A stretch of DNA of 61,304 nucleotides, filler included, from Chiloscyllium plagiosum (GCF_004010195.1; 5 parts of one record of this genome joined end to end with filler, not necessarily neighbours in it), one strand, 5' to 3'; shown: positions 36,075-49,493, counted from the whole stretch's first letter. Program-made: numbers and translations. Notes: a model not told the origin generated them from the letters alone.

Positions 36075-37470
36075 GTGGTCAGAGATGAATACCAGCTTGA
36101 TGTTGGTGGATCTGAACAAGAACACGTGGGATGCAAACAAGAAATTTCATCTTTGAGCGGGTAGACCCATCTGACCAGGACCAGGTGTATCCACGCTGCA
36201 CTCTGTCTGCAGAGGTGCTGAAGACTTCATGCAGCTTGGCATCTTTAACTGTTTCCATCAGGAATCTGGACGTGGAGTCCAGTTCGCTGTCAGCTCCTCC
36301 GGTTTGACTATTCGTATCGATGATGCATTTGAAGTCAGAATGACCAGCCTGGAAATAGTCAACAGGAAGGGGAGCTACTGCAGGATGGCCAACTGCTCAC
36401 CCTTTACCTCCCTCAGGTCACCGGACCCGAAACGTTACCTCTGATTTCTCTTCACAGATGCTGCCAGACCTGCTGAGCATTTCCAGCAACTTCTGTTTTA
36501 GTTTCTGATTTACAGCATCTGCATTTCTTCCGGAACATATTAATTAGTCTGAGGGGAGCATTTCTGTACATAACATCTGCCACAAGGAGACGCCCGCCCA
36601 CCATCTCCTTAACCTCAGAGATGGTGAAGCTGTCTCCTCTCAGCAGAGTACCCAGGCTGGACGAACGGCTGCCTCCCTGGAACAGATGGAAGTTCCTTGG
36701 CCCATAAGCTCAACCATTTTCTGTAGCTATTGAGGTGCAGTATCCCACGGAAACTGGTGGTTCGCTTTGACGTTGGCCAAGTAAGCCAACAGGGAAACAC
36801 ATTGTATTGTAGGTTTAACACTCTGCACATTAATACTGGATATTTTAAAACCCATTTTGGGAGTTTATAAAATTATCCATAGACCCAATGTCCATTCTCC
36901 CACAATCTTGTCACTGGGACAGTTCCTGCATGATGTGGGTGAACTGTTGGACACTGTCTGTACCGAGGTAGCTGCCTTATTCCTCCCTGGGGGTCTTGCC
37001 CTGATCCAGTGTTAACAAGGTGAGCATGAAGCCTGGAAGGTCCGGTTCAGAGTCCAACTGCTCCCGATTTCCTGGAGCTGTGGTGCAGTCGGTACCCCTT
37101 GGCCTGTGGGGCCATGTCTGTTTATTTGTTGGTAGCCATCCCTCTGATGTCTGTCATCAGAGTTACTGCTGGAGTGTCCATCATGCAGCCGTCTCTTTCC
37201 ATTTTGCTTTGGGACTGGGGTAGTGGCCTGCGTTTTCCTTTTACGGTTATTTCTCAGTGGTATCCACTCCGCACTTCCTGTGTTTTCTCCTTCATTGACT
37301 CCATCTGTTCAGATAGAGATTGGATTGGTTGCTGTCGTCTGCGATGGCTACATTCCACTCCTCTCTGGCCTGTCCCTCCTTTTGGGTGCCTCTGGTATCA
37401 GTTTTCTTGCTGAAGGCTGGCACCTTACTGTCTTTTGGGGCTGCACGGCTCCCGTTGCCACTTGTAGCCA
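36075..37470 (-). mobile_element. Tx1-like L1 fragment (end of ORF1 plus ORF2 APE endonuclease), interrupted by a PLE fragment at ~36416-36530
   Basis: Minus strand reads MGFKISSINVQS..GGRLLVADVMYRNAPLRLIN..DFKCIID..YTWSWSDGSTRSK..ISDH. Confidence 0.75.
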
Positions 37471-37474
37471 TCCT

Positions 37475-37767
37475 TAGAAGAGTATAAAGGAAGTAGGAGT
37501 ATGCTTAAGAGGAAAATCAGGAGGGCAAAAATGGGACATGAGATAGCTTTGGCAAATAGAATGAAGGAGAATCCAAAGAGTTTTTACAAATACATTAAGG
37601 ACAAAAGGGTAACTAGGGAGAGAATAGGGCCCCTCAAAGATCAGCTAGGCGGGGACTTCCGAAGTGAGTATTTTGCATCAGTATTTACTGTGGAAAAGGA
37701 TGTGGAAGATATAGACTGTAGAGAAATAGATGGTGACATCTTGCAAAATGTCCAGATTACAGAGGAG
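37475..37767 (+). mobile_element. CR1 ORF2 fragment
   Basis: KENPKSFYKYIKDKR..EYFASVFTVEKD; ends at a gap. Confidence 0.85.
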
Positions 37768-37867
37768 NNNNNNNNNNNNNNNNNNNNNNNNNNNNNNNNN
37801 NNNNNNNNNNNTTAATTAATTAANNNNNNNNNNNNNNNNNNNNNNNNNNNNNNNNNNNNNNNNNNNN

Positions 37868-38432
37868 TTGCGGTGGTTCACGGACTCCTAGCCCAACTGC
37901 TTGTTCTGTGGCGCTGTGGGGTCCGTGGACCACGTGTATATTGGGTGTGGGCGTTTGCACTCCCTTTTTGATTTCCTTAAAAACCTTCTCCTCTGTTTTT
38001 GGCTGCACTTCAGTCCCACGCTCCTGATCTTTGGGCACCCGGTACGGAGGAAGGAGGGCAGGTCTGAAGACCTCCTCGTGGGTCTGCTCCTGGGCCTGGC
38101 CAAACTGGCCATCAACAGGTCCAGGCAGCGGGCCGTGGAGGGGGTCGTTAGGGCCGACTGCCTGCCCCTCTTCCGCTTTTTACGTTAGAGCCCGGGTGTC
38201 CTTGGAGAAGGAGCACGCGGTGTCGACCAACACCCTGGAGTTGTTCAGGGAGAGGTGGGCGCCGCAGGGAGTGGAGTGCCTCATTTCTCCCTCCAACTCT
38301 ATTTTGATTTAGTCCCTACCCTCCCCTTCACTGTTTTGATCACACAGCACTGTCCTTTGATGTGAAGGGCAGTGTTTGTCACTGGCCACCCGGGTGTTTT
38401 CCTATCTTCCTGGAGAAAAGAAAAAAAAAGAA
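37868..38432 (+). mobile_element. Tx1-like L1 3' end (copy 1)
   Basis: C-terminal CxFCG..SVDHVYIGC zinc-knuckle region, 3' UTR and A-rich tail. Confidence 0.8.
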
Positions 38433-40494
38433 TAGCAATGTCCAGGCAGGAGGATACACGACAACGTCCACCTGGTCCGGGACCTGATCCATTTCTGTCG
38501 ACGGGCTGGTCTGACGAGCGCCTTCCTGTCTCTCAACCAGAAGGTGTTCGACAGGGTCGATCACGAGTACCTGCTCGGGACTCTGCGGGCATTCGGGTTC
38601 GGGGCGCAGTTCGTTGCCCGGATCCAACTTTTGTACGCCGCCGCAGAGTGTCTGGTTAAAGTTAACGGGTCCCTGACGGCGCCCCTTCGCTTCGGGAGAG
38701 GAGTACGTCAAGGCTGCCCCCTGTCTGGCCAGCTGTATTCCCTGTGCGTGGAGCCTTTCCTGCGCCTCTTGCGGAGGAGGTTGTCGGGGCTGGTTCTGCG
38801 CGGCGCGGGCACGGGGGTAGTCCTCTCGGCCTACGCCGACGACGTGCTTCTTACTTTCACCGACCCGGCTGACCTGGGGAGGATGCGCGAGTGCCAGGCC
38901 TTGTACTCAGCAGCGTCTTCCGCCAGGATCAACTGGGCCAAATGTTCCGGACTACTGGTCGGCCCGTGGCGGGTGGACTCTCTGCCGGAGGAGTTACGGG
39001 GGTTCAGCTGGAGTACCACCCATCTCCTCTACCTGGGGTCTACCTCAGCCCGGCTGAGGAATCCTGGCTGGCCAACTGGCAGGAGCTGGAGGCCAAAGTC
39101 TCGGCTCGCCTAGGCCGCAGGACTAGGCTCGCCTAGGTCGCTGCGCAGGTCCTGAGTCTCCCTATTGAGGAGGACGGTCAGTCACTGGTGTGCGTCCGTA
39201 CCCAGGTCGCGACGTTCCATCTTCAGACCTTTACGTCGAACCTCCTCCTAGGTAGTGCGCCCTGGCGACGTATTTTTTCCGCCAGGTGCGTAACCTCAAC
39301 TACGACACGCAGCTCCTGTTCGTCAACCGTGATGGTTTGGAGGTCGCCCTCAAGACTGTCTGTCTTTTACCAGGACCTGATCACTGTCTTGAACATGGTC
39401 AAATCGCATCGCGCCTACCCTCCGGCTGGAGTAGCGGCTGTCGTCAGGGAGCCGTTGCTCAGGAATCCGCACCTCCGTACTCACGGGTTCGAGTGGCTGT
39501 CGGAGGGGAGGGCCTTGGCGGCGAGGGTGACCAGGGTCGGGGACGTGCTGGGTGCCGGGGGCCTGGGCTGGACGCTACCGCAGGACATAGCGAGCAGGGC
39601 AGCGGTAGACGTCCGGTACGTAGCCACCGCCATCCGACGCCTTAAAACGATGGTGCTTGGACCCCAGCCCGGATGGAATTTCACATTGGCCCCAAGGTCC
39701 TGTACGTCCTGTGGGAGCCTGTGCCCCACAACCTGAGCCACCTCCGGAATTTTAAATTTGTTTCTTTCAAGGATGTGAAAAGGAGGGCCCTATATCGACT
39801 GCTGCTGCACACCGTCCACCTCTTCTCCCTCATCGACCATCCGGACACGCCTTGGCGTGCCCATTTGCCACCGGGCGGTGGGGATCCCCAGTGGAGGGCT
39901 CTCTACGTGGGAGTCCTCCCCTTTCTCTCGGGGATCTGGGGTAGAGGCTGCTGCACGCAGCAATCCCCTGCAACCGCAGGTTGCGGTGGTTCATGGACTC
40001 CCAGCCCAACTGCTTGTTCTGTGGCGCTGTGGAGTCCGTGGACCACGTGTATATTGGGTGTGGGCGTTTGCACTCCCTTTTTGATTTCCTGAAAAACCTC
40101 CTCCTCTGTTTTTGGCTGCATTTCAGTCCCACGCTCCAGATCTTCGATCACCTGGTACGGAGGAGGGAGGGCAGGTCTGAAGACCTCCTCGTGGGTCTGC
40201 TCCTGGGCCTTGCCAAACTGGCCATAAACAGNNNNNNTCCAACTCTATTTTGATTTAATCCCTGTCCTCCCCTTCACTATTTGATCACACAGCATTGCCC
40301 TTCGATGTGAAGGGCAGTGCTTGTCACTGGCCACTCGGGTGTTTTCCTATCTTCCTGGTGGTGGAAATTGAATAAATATTCGTCCCCTTTGTGTCTCTCA
40401 CTGTGTCTCACACCTGCACACACACGCCATGGGTGCTGGGGTAAGATAAGCACTACCGCAGTTAGGTGGTAGTGTGGGGGTTTTAAAAAAAAAC
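38433..40494 (+). mobile_element. Tx1-like L1 ORF2 (RT to 3' end), copy 2, GC/CpG-rich
   Basis: FDRVDHEYL..GVRQGCPLSGQLYSLCVEPFL..SAYADDV (ORF 38544..39113); C-terminus near-identical to copy 1; AATAAA and A tail. Confidence 0.9.
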
Positions 40495-40974
40495 AGGAGT
40501 GTCAGAGGTTATGTTCACTCTGTGAGCTGCCTCTTAGGGAGCTGGATCAGTGTCAACGGCGGTCCATGTGTAAATAACAGATGAATCGGTGACAGGATAC
40601 CAGGCTCTGTGGAGTTATTACAGTTAGGTTCTTAAGTTGAAACATTTTACTCTCAGCACTGTCTGTACAACAGAAACTTACAAATCAACCTTAGAATTAT
40701 GGGAGACCTTAAGAACGATAAAGTCTAGGGCAAGTGTTAGAGCACAGGCACTCAGCTGGTATGCAAGTAGACCTACGATACAGCCATATGGAAATTACAC
40801 AATGAAATAGTTGAGAATGGCAAAGGGGCTTTTTCCCTGAGTGACAAGGGAAACCGATCGGTTTTCAGAGAAATGTAGACCATAGCAGCCAACATCTCAG
40901 TTTTACAGTAAAAACTTCAGATGTTACCATTGCCATAATAGCCACTAACTTATTAAATGCTTCCATTTCCTCCA

Positions 40975-41105
40975 GGGTGGCTCAATGGCTAGCATTAATG
41001 CCTCACAGTGCCACAGACCAGGTTCAAATCCACCCTTGGACCAGAACTGGTGTGGACTTGATGGGCTGAGCAGCCTGCATCCACACTGTAGGGATCTTAT
41101 GATTC
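40975..41105 (+). mobile_element. Internally deleted HE1-like SINE
   Basis: Head ggtggctcaatggctagc..ggttcaaatcc joined to tail ccacactgtagggatcttatgattc. Confidence 0.6.
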
Positions 41106-41279
41106 TGTGTCTCAAGCATAGAATAGTCAGTCATAGCCATCTGAGGCACAGGAGTTCAGGCAACATCATGCTCTAGGTTGTGGTAAAGCAATAGGTCACT
41201 GCCACGCATCAAGCCAAGATCATAGTAGGTGTTAACCTAGTTCAGAAGTCTAGAAATCCTCAAATATGCAAATGATAGA

Positions 41280-42030
41280 TGTGGAAACAGAAGCGGGTGG
41301 TATTGAGCAGGAAGCTCATGAGTTGTACTTGATTAGAGTGAAAGAAAAAAACAAGTGGGTCGGGGTCAGAGTGCCAGGTGGTTAGGAGGATAAGTGGGAC
41401 GTGGGTAGGTTGCTGGGGGATAAGAGGTCATTTGTCTGGGGTGTCACAGTGCAACGTGACAAGGGCCTCAAGTAGGTCATGCAGAGTTTAGGGTAAATTA
41501 GGGTGACTGGGCAAGATTGGTTTCAGTGAGGATAGTAATTGAGGACATGGGAACCCTATCATGTTTCTGGGAGGCTGGGGAAAGATGAGAGTGGAAATGT
41601 GGGAAATGTATCAGGCCTGGTTGAAGCACTTGTCAAAATGTTGGGTGGGGTGGCAGTGGAATGCTCAGGTGAGTCAAAAGGGGAAAATGTTATAGGCATC
41701 TCAGTGGAATGGGATGGCGTCCTCGCAGGAAGCATAGTTTGAAGGGGGGTGTAGTTGAAGTGACTGTGGGAATCACTACATTTTGCAGTCGATATTGTGG
41801 TTAGCTTATTCTCAGAAACTGAAACCAAGAAATCAAGGAAGGCAAGGGAGAAATCAGAGATGGTGAAGGTGAAGATGAGAGAAGAATGAAAACTGGAAGA
41901 AAAATTGGTCAATTTTCCCAATTTCAGATGAAAGCAGGAAGCAGCACTAGTGATGTAATCAATCTACAGGGTATTGGGGAAAGAGTTGTGGATGGAATTT
42001 TGAGAAGGACTGGAATTAGGAATTTTCTAT
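41280..42030 (-). mobile_element. Old Penelope-like RT fragment
   Basis: ORF 41559..41921 FTFTISDFSLAFLDFLVSVSENKLTT..DSHSHFNYT, resembling the PLE RT FLD..DSHSYLDY region. Confidence 0.65.
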
Positions 42031-42032
42031 AT

Positions 42033-42572
42033 TCAAAGTTTGTGCGAAGATTTGTAGCTCGAGTGCTTGTTGTGGTTCTGTTCGCCGAGCTGGACATTTT
42101 TGTTGCAAACGTTTCGTCCCCTGGCTAGGCGACATCATCAGTGCTTGGGAGCCTCCTGCGAAGCGCTTCTTTGATGTTTCCTCCGGTGTTTACAGTGGTC
42201 TGTCCCTGCCGCTTCCGGTTGTCAGTTTCAGCTGTCCGCTGTAGTGGTTGGTATATTGGGTCCAGGTCGATGTGTTTGTTGATGGAGTTTGTGGATGAAT
42301 GCCATGCCTCTAGGAATTCCCTGGCTGTTCTCTGTCTGGCTTGCCCTATGATAGTAGTGTTGTCCCAGTCGAATTCATGTTGCTTGTTGTCTGCGTGTGT
42401 GGCTACTAAGTATAGCTGGTCGTGTCGTTTCGTGGCTAGTTGCTGTTCATGTATGCGGATTGTTAGCTGTCTTCCTGTTTGTCCTATATAGTGTTTTGTG
42501 CAGTCCTTGCATGGTATTTTGTACACTACATTCGTTTTGCTCATGTTGGGTATCGGGTCCTTCGTTCTGGTC
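42033..42572 (-). mobile_element. Penelope-like element 3' part (GIY-YIG)
   Basis: ORF 42125..42544 NVVYKIPCKDCTKHYIGQTGR.. Confidence 0.92.
42105..42144 (-). ncRNA. Minimal hammerhead ribozyme (PLE family B)
   Basis: GCA CUGAUGA U GUCGCC UAGCCA GGGGAC GAAA CGUU UGC. Confidence 0.75.
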
Positions 42573-43673
42573 CTTCACCCTACAACAAGGTATAACTGCA
42601 AATCATGTGGATACTCAGAGCCATAATTCTGAAAGTGAGATGAATTAAAGGAGAAGCTGTTCAAAGTGGGAATGAGCACATCCAGGCAAAGAAACTTGGC
42701 AGTAGTTCGGACCCATGGAAACCACCTTTCAAAGCAGATGAAGGGAGGCACCCTCCTGATGGTTGGAACTGTTAGGTACAGTTTCGAAAAGAGTGACTGA
42801 ATTCAGGATGTTAAGTCTTTCAGTCTCCACAGAAGCTGCCAAACCTGCTAAATTTCTCCAGTACTTTGTTTTTAACTTGAGATCTCCAACAGTTTGCTTT
42901 AAAACAAGTTTCTGTGTTCATGAGTTTCTTTCTCTGCACCACTACCGCCACTGGAACAAAGATTGCCACTATTTTCACCTCTAACAGCACCCTTGCCACT
43001 AAGACGCCTTGCTGGACCTCATCAATGCATTTGCTACCAAAGCCCCGGAGTATCGCACTGACCCAAACTCGACTCGGCCGCTGCCAGAAGTCCATTTTGG
43101 GCCTACCTGACTGATGCAGCCACTGTCGATGCAGCCAGGTCTTGTATTGGGCCCCAACTCACCTCCACCTCACTTGCATTGTAGGATTCAATAAGATTAC
43201 ATCTGTCATTGAGGAAGTGCTAAGACAGCACTAGAGCAAAGAGGAGCAAATGATAAATTGAGCCATAACCACAACATTATATATTGTAAGTCAGTAGGTT
43301 GTGAAGGTGAGGATGCTCTTTCAAAATTCCTTGTGAAGACTGATTCGTTTTTAGCCACTCAGTTACCCTTGAATTCTTTCACACGCACAAATGAGATGCT
43401 ATTGTTGGCCAATAAAATTATTGAAGAAACCTGCAAGGTTACAGCAGACAGTAAAGTGTTCAATTATGTCATGACTAGCTATTCCAAAAAGAGTGATAAT
43501 AAGAAATTGTAGAAATATTTTGCATGTAAAAATGAAGAGAGAGTAGTTTCAAATCTTTCTGCAATAAGTTTTACACACAGAAGAAGTAAACACAGGCCAT
43601 TCAGCCCCTCAATTCTGCTTTGGGGATTCAGGAGGTAATTGCTTGTTGCAGTATTTCTAGTTTCTGATCTGCT

Positions 43674-44532
43674 CAAAGTTTGGGAGAAGATTTGTAGCTC
43701 GGTTGCTCGTTGTTGTGGTTCTGTTCGCCAAGCTGGGAATTTGTGTTGCAGACGTCCCCTGTCAAGGTGACATCCTCAGTGCTTGGGAGCCTCCTGGGAA
43801 GCGCTTCTGTGATCTTTCCGCCGGCATTTATAGTGATTTGTACCTGCCGCTTCCGGTTGTCAGTTCCAGCTGTCCGCTGCAGTGGTCGGTATATTGGGTC
43901 CAGGTCGATGTGCTTATTGATTGAATCTGTGGATGAATGCCATGCCTCTACGAATTCCCTGGCTGCTCTCTGTTTGGCTTGTCCTGTAATAGTAGTGTTG
44001 TCCCAGTCGAACTCATGTTGCTTGTCATCTGAGTGTGTGGTTACTAAGGATAGCTGGTCATGTCGTTTCGTGGCTAATTGGTGTTCATGGATGCGGATCA
44101 TTAGCTGCCTTCCTGTTTGTCCTATGTAGTGTTTTGTGCAGTCCTTGAATAGGATTTTGTACACTACATTGGTTTTTCTCATGCTGGGTATTGGGTCCTT
44201 CGTCCTGGTGAGTTGTTGTCTGACAGTGGCTGTTGGTTTGTGTGTTGTTATGAGTCCTAGTGGTCGCAGTAGTCTGGCTGTCAGTTCGGAAATGCTCTTG
44301 ATGTATGGTAGTGTGGCTAGTCCTTTGGGTTGTGGCATGTCCTTATTCCATTGTCTTTCCCTTAGGCATCTGTTGATGAAATTGCGGGGGTATCCATTTT
44401 TGGCACTGTTCAAAAGGGCCACAACACACTGCAGTACACCAGAACTGCAAAAAGAGGAAGAAGAACACCTCTGCCATGTATTCGCTAAAAACGGATACCC
44501 CCGCAATTTCATCAACAGATGCCTAAGGGAAA
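43674..44532 (-). mobile_element. Penelope-like element (RT end plus GIY-YIG) with a 5' inversion at ~44400-44532
   Basis: ORF 43673..44515 KNGYPRNFINRCL..LPYIKSISELTARLLRPLG..HYIGQTGR; 44490-44532 is the reverse complement of 44355-44400; the hammerhead lacks GAAA. Confidence 0.92.
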
Positions 44533-44740
44533 GCCATAGGTGTTGGTGTCAGATAATGGTCCTCAGCCTGTGTGAGAAGAGTTTGAAATATTACTGAATA
44601 AGAATGGAGTCATGCATATTCTATGATCTCCATTTCATCTTTGATTGAATAGTCCCATAGAAAGAAGTGAGGAAGGTTCATGATATATTGCTATTATTAT
44701 TTGCTTTTATTATTATTTGCTATTATTATTATTATTATTT

Positions 44741-44994
44741 GGCGGCACGGTGGCACAGTGGTTAGCACTGCTGCCTCACAGCGCCTGAGACCCGGGTTCA
44801 ATTCCCGCCTCAGGCGACTGACTGTGTGGAGTTTGCACGTTCTCCCCGTGTCTGCGTGGGTTTCCTCCGGGTGCTCCGGTTTCCTCCCACAGTCCAAAGA
44901 TGTGNNNNNNNNNNNNNNNNNNNNNNNGTGTGGACTTGTTGGGCCCAAGGGCCTGTTTCCACACTGTAATGTAATCTAATCTAAATCTAATCTA
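44741..44994 (+). mobile_element. Young HE1-like SINE (internal N run)
   Basis: Near-identical to the 27113-27341 copy; (taatc)n tail. Confidence 0.9.
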
Positions 44995-45559
44995 TTTGGA
45001 AGTGAACAAAACCAGGAATATCTTTAAGCTTGGTTTTATATTGTGTATGTTAGGAAAAAGGTGTTTTAGTTTCAATTTGAATTCTGTGAGTGGTCTCAGG
45101 TTGTCTGAAGTTTATCTATATGTGTTTGCTGAGGATTCTAAGAAACTCTGGAGGTGACTAGTTCAGAGCTTTTGAAAAGAAGAATAAAAGAGAGAGAAAT
45201 AAATGCCTTGTTCCCCAGCAATGCGGTGGCCTATGAAAGATAGAGACAAGAAATGAATCTGTTTCCTTTTAAAGTGAAAGAGCCATCTAGAAACTCAGTG
45301 AGCATGACAGCTTGTTTCAGAAAATGTATGTGCAGATTCCTTTCAGGAAGAGAAAGCCTGCACCAAGAGCACCCTTGTTTAGAAATCCACAGGATAGTCC
45401 AGTTGGAGAAAAAAGCCCTAAGAAGCTCTACAAACAGAATTTGAAAGAGGAGCTTAAGATACTATTAAGGAGTAAGTGAGCTATAATAGCAGTTTGGTTA
45501 TGGGTCTCATGAAGAGGCAGAAATTAAAGTGCCTAATATTGAGTGAATGCAGACACTTG

Positions 45560-48002
45560 TCAGAAAGAAACCAAGTCAGCTGTATAAACTAAACAAGGAT
45601 CACTTAACTGGAAGCAGTCACAATCCACTCCACCAGACCACCGGACCACTCAAATGTAAGAAACCTGCGTGGAAGTGGGGTAAGCATGCCAGTCTGCTAC
45701 TAAGACTGAGACTACATGGTTTCAAGACCCCCCCCATTCCAAGCTTACTCCTGGCAAATGTACAATCTCTGGGGAACAAGACGGATGTACTCAGATCACA
45801 GCTCAGCTTCAAGTGTGAACTGTGGGACTACTGTGCACTCTGCTTCACAGAAACTGGCTCACCCCATCCATTCCAAACTGCGCACTTCAGGCTGATGGGT
45901 TTTCTATCCATCGTATGGACCATACAGCATCCTCGGGTAAGATAAAGGGTGGAGGGGTTTGCTTTTTAATCAATAACTTGTGGTGCACGGACATTGCAAC
46001 CCTGGGCAGCCATTGCTCCCCAAACCTTGAAATCCTCACCATTAAATGTCACCCCTTCCATCTACCATGGGAATTTACCTGCTGCTATATGAACTGCAAA
46101 GTTTGAGGAAGCTCTGGATATGCTGTACTCCACCACTAACACCCTGGAGACGGAAGACCCAGAGGCCCTGTTTATTGTGACTGACAACTTCAATCAAGCC
46201 AATCTAAGGAAGGTGTTACCCAAGTACCACCAGAACATTACCTGCCTCACCAGGGGCCCGAACATTTTAGACCACTGCTACACCACTGTGAAAGATGCCT
46301 ACCGCTCCATCCTCCACCCTCATTTCAGGAAGTCCGACCACAATCCGTGTTTCCTCTCCCAGCTTAGAGGAAAAAGCTCAAGCAGGAGACCCCCTTGTAG
46401 ATACAGATCCAGTGCTGGTTGGAGGAGGCAGAGGATCAACTCCGGTGCTGTCTGGATTTGGCGGATTGGGCCATGTTCAAACAGTCCGCAGGTACCTTGG
46501 ACGAGTACACTATCACCGTCACAGACTTTATCAGCAAGTGTGTAGAGGACTGCATACCAAGGAAGTCAATCCAGGTGTTTACCAACAGGAAACCCTGAAT
46601 GAATCAGAATATATAGAACCTGCTAAAAACCAGGCTTGAGGCCTTCAGATCAGGAGACCTACTCAGATATAAGGAATCCCAGTATGACCATCGCAGAGCC
46701 ATTAAGACAGCCAAGGACCAATACAGATCCAAACTAAAGACCCAGACAGACACCTGGCAACTATGGCAAGGACTGAATGACATCACAAGTTCTAAAAAGA
46801 GACAGTGCAAGATAGCAGACGATGACACATCCATCCCAGATCGTCTCAAAATCTTCTATGCTCGCTTTGAGCAGAATTTCAATGGAGAGGTAACACACAT
46901 TCCGACAGGTCCTGACGAACCTAACTCAACAATCACTGCATCAGAGGTCAGATCAGTTTTCCTTCATATGAATCCAAGGAAAGCGATGGGACCAGACGGA
47001 GTACCAGGCCGTGCACTCAGGGCATGCACATATCAACTGGCAGAGGTCTTTTTGGACACCTTCAACCTCTCCCTGCAGTAGGCCACTATCCCTGCCTGTT
47101 TCAAGAGGGCCAACATCATCGCTGTGCTTAAGAAGGCTCATGCAGCATGTCTCAATGACTACTGCCCAGTGGCCCTAACTTTGGTGGTCATAAAGTGCTT
47201 TGAAAGGCTGGTCATGGCATTAATCAACTTCAACCTCCCCACTACTCTTGACCCACTCCAATTTGCCTATTGGGCCAACAGATCCACGTCAGATGCCATA
47301 TCACTTGCCCTTCACTACTCCCTGAAATATCTTGACACCAAGAACAGCTACATAAGAATCCTACTCATTGACTACAGTTCAGTCTTCAAAACAATTATCC
47401 CCTTAAGACTGATTACTAAACTTAGTGATCTCAGACTAAGCCCCACTCTCTGCAACTGGATCCTCAGTTTCCTGACCCACAGGCCACAATCAGTGAAGAT
47501 TGGGGACAATATTTCATCGTCACTAATACTCAATACTGGAGTCCCTCAAGGGTGCGTACTCAGCCCCCTACTGTACTCATTGTATACCCATGACTGCATC
47601 GCCAACTACCAGACTAATGCCATTTGCTAGTTTGCTGATGACACCACTATAGTTGGTCGAATCTCAGATGGTGACGAAACAGACTACAGATGGGAGGTGG
47701 AAGACCTGGAAAAATGGTGCACTGCAAACTATCTAGCTCTCAATGCCAGCAAAACCAAGGAATTCATTATTGACTTTGGGTGGAATGTTACTCATGCCCC
47801 CCCTACACACTAAAAGGACAGAGGTGGAACGAGTGGACAATGTCAAGCTCCTGGGAGTGGTCATCCACATATTTTGGACTCTTCATGTGGACGCACTGGT
47901 TATAGAGGCCCAACAACGTCTCTTCTTCCTCAGGCAGCTGAGGAAATTTGGTATGACAGCGAATATCCTTGCCAACTTTTATAGGTGTGCCATTGAGAGC
48001 AT
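45560..48002 (+). mobile_element. Rex1/Babar LINE, long degraded ORF (APE plus RT)
   Basis: [98 protein letters not shown]. Confidence 0.9.
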
Positions 48003-49493
48003 TCAGATTGTTCACTTTCATGAGTTAGTGATTAAACATGTTCTTTGGGACAATGTTTAGTTTGTTAAAACCTGACGTCAATGGAAAATTAAGAGGAAGG
48101 CAATTCAGAGTGAGGATGTGTCATGATACATTAAGCATGAAACACTGGACAGTGCTGGTCAGAAAGTTATGGTGAAAAATAACTGTGGTTTAAGGTGAAT
48201 TATGTGATTGGAATTGTTGTGAAGAGATTAGGTACTTTTAGGCATCTAATGAAAATTGGAGGCAGACTTGTTCATGTGATGTATATCATCTTCTTTAATG
48301 AAGAAATCTGACAAGAAGAGAGCAGCATAGTAAAGCTCTCTGATCCTAATATCCCCAACAATGAAAAAACTGAAAGCAGAGAGAAAGTGAATATCACCAA
48401 AGACATTGTAAGTTTGCCAGTAACACAAAATTCTTCCTAGCCAGGGTTTTTTTATTATGGCTAACCAATCAATTTAATAGTGCAAGAGGAGGCTGGAGAA
48501 ACTCACAAAATCTTAGCAGAATCTTTGGGGAGAAATAGAGCTAATGTTTTGAGTCTGGTATAACCTTTCATCAGAACCTGAATCCAAATTTGTTCCAGAT
48601 TTCCAGAGTCCACAGTATTTTGCTTTAATTTCATTGTCACAGTCCCAACCCTTAAGTCAAGTTGGCTAAATTCAGGTGTGACAATCGACAATGCTGTGAG
48701 AGCATTGTCAATCTAATTGAAATGGAAAGGGGTACCCAGATGAAACAAAAAGAAGCTATATAGGTAATTGAAAAAAAATAATTTGGAAGGAAGGAGGAAG
48801 ATAGTATTTCCATTATCTTTTGTCAAACAATATTTTTCGATAAATGCATAATGCCTTTAAGCAAGTGTCTTTGTGTGTGTGTGTTAATTAATCTGAGATT
48901 ATCAGATGTGTATGCTTTTCTTATGAATACAGCAAAAATAAGTAGGGAAGCAAATCCATTAAATTTCTGGGCCAGTTTAGTCATGCTCTTCCCTGTAAAT
49001 TTAAGTACAGATACCATTTTACATTTTAATGCACAAGTTTTCTTTTTTATACTAGAAGAAGAGTAGTAACTTTCAAAATCTGTGCATTTTATTGTATTGT
49101 CGCTCTCCTACCCTCTCATTTGAGACATCAAGACCATGAAACTAAAGTTGTCCTACAATGACTGCCTGCAACTAGCCAAATCTAAGTCCAATTCAGAACA
49201 AGGAGCAGGGAGAAATAGTGGGATCACTGTGAAGTAGTCTGTGGGTCATGTGAAACAGGTCAGGATCACTGGGAAGCAAACTGGGAAGAGGTTGAAGCAG
49301 GTCAGGATCACTGATATGACAAACAGAGTTGAAAAAAAAATCAAAGTGTGACATCCTATGAAGGCTGTGAATTGATTAGTTGTAAATTTGTTTTCCTTCA
49401 CCCAAAGTTATGAATTTAGTTTAAGCCACGGTTCCAAGGAACAGTCTTGAAACATTAACTCTTGTTTTTCTCTCTCCACATATCCTTGCAGAT

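Larger units (their letters stand above)
43190..48250 (+). mobile_element. Ancient Gypsy pol remnant in pieces (~43190-43570, ~44535-44680, ~48060-48250) hosting nested PLE, SINE and Rex1 insertions
   Basis: NIIYCKSVGCEGEDALSK (RNase H ADALSR-like); GPQ..EEF..KNGVMHI..P.H (integrase core); GQKVMVKN (C-terminus). Confidence 0.45.

Noticed and set aside
43673..44515. 280-aa ORF as an intact gene
   Set aside because: Chimera of an inverted PLE segment and PLE RT-end/GIY-YIG, extended by a mutated stop codon.
48541..48580. Further hammerhead-like remnants (also ~53180-53212, ~43748-43782)
   Set aside because: GAAA box and/or stem II destroyed; counted only as decayed PLE ends.
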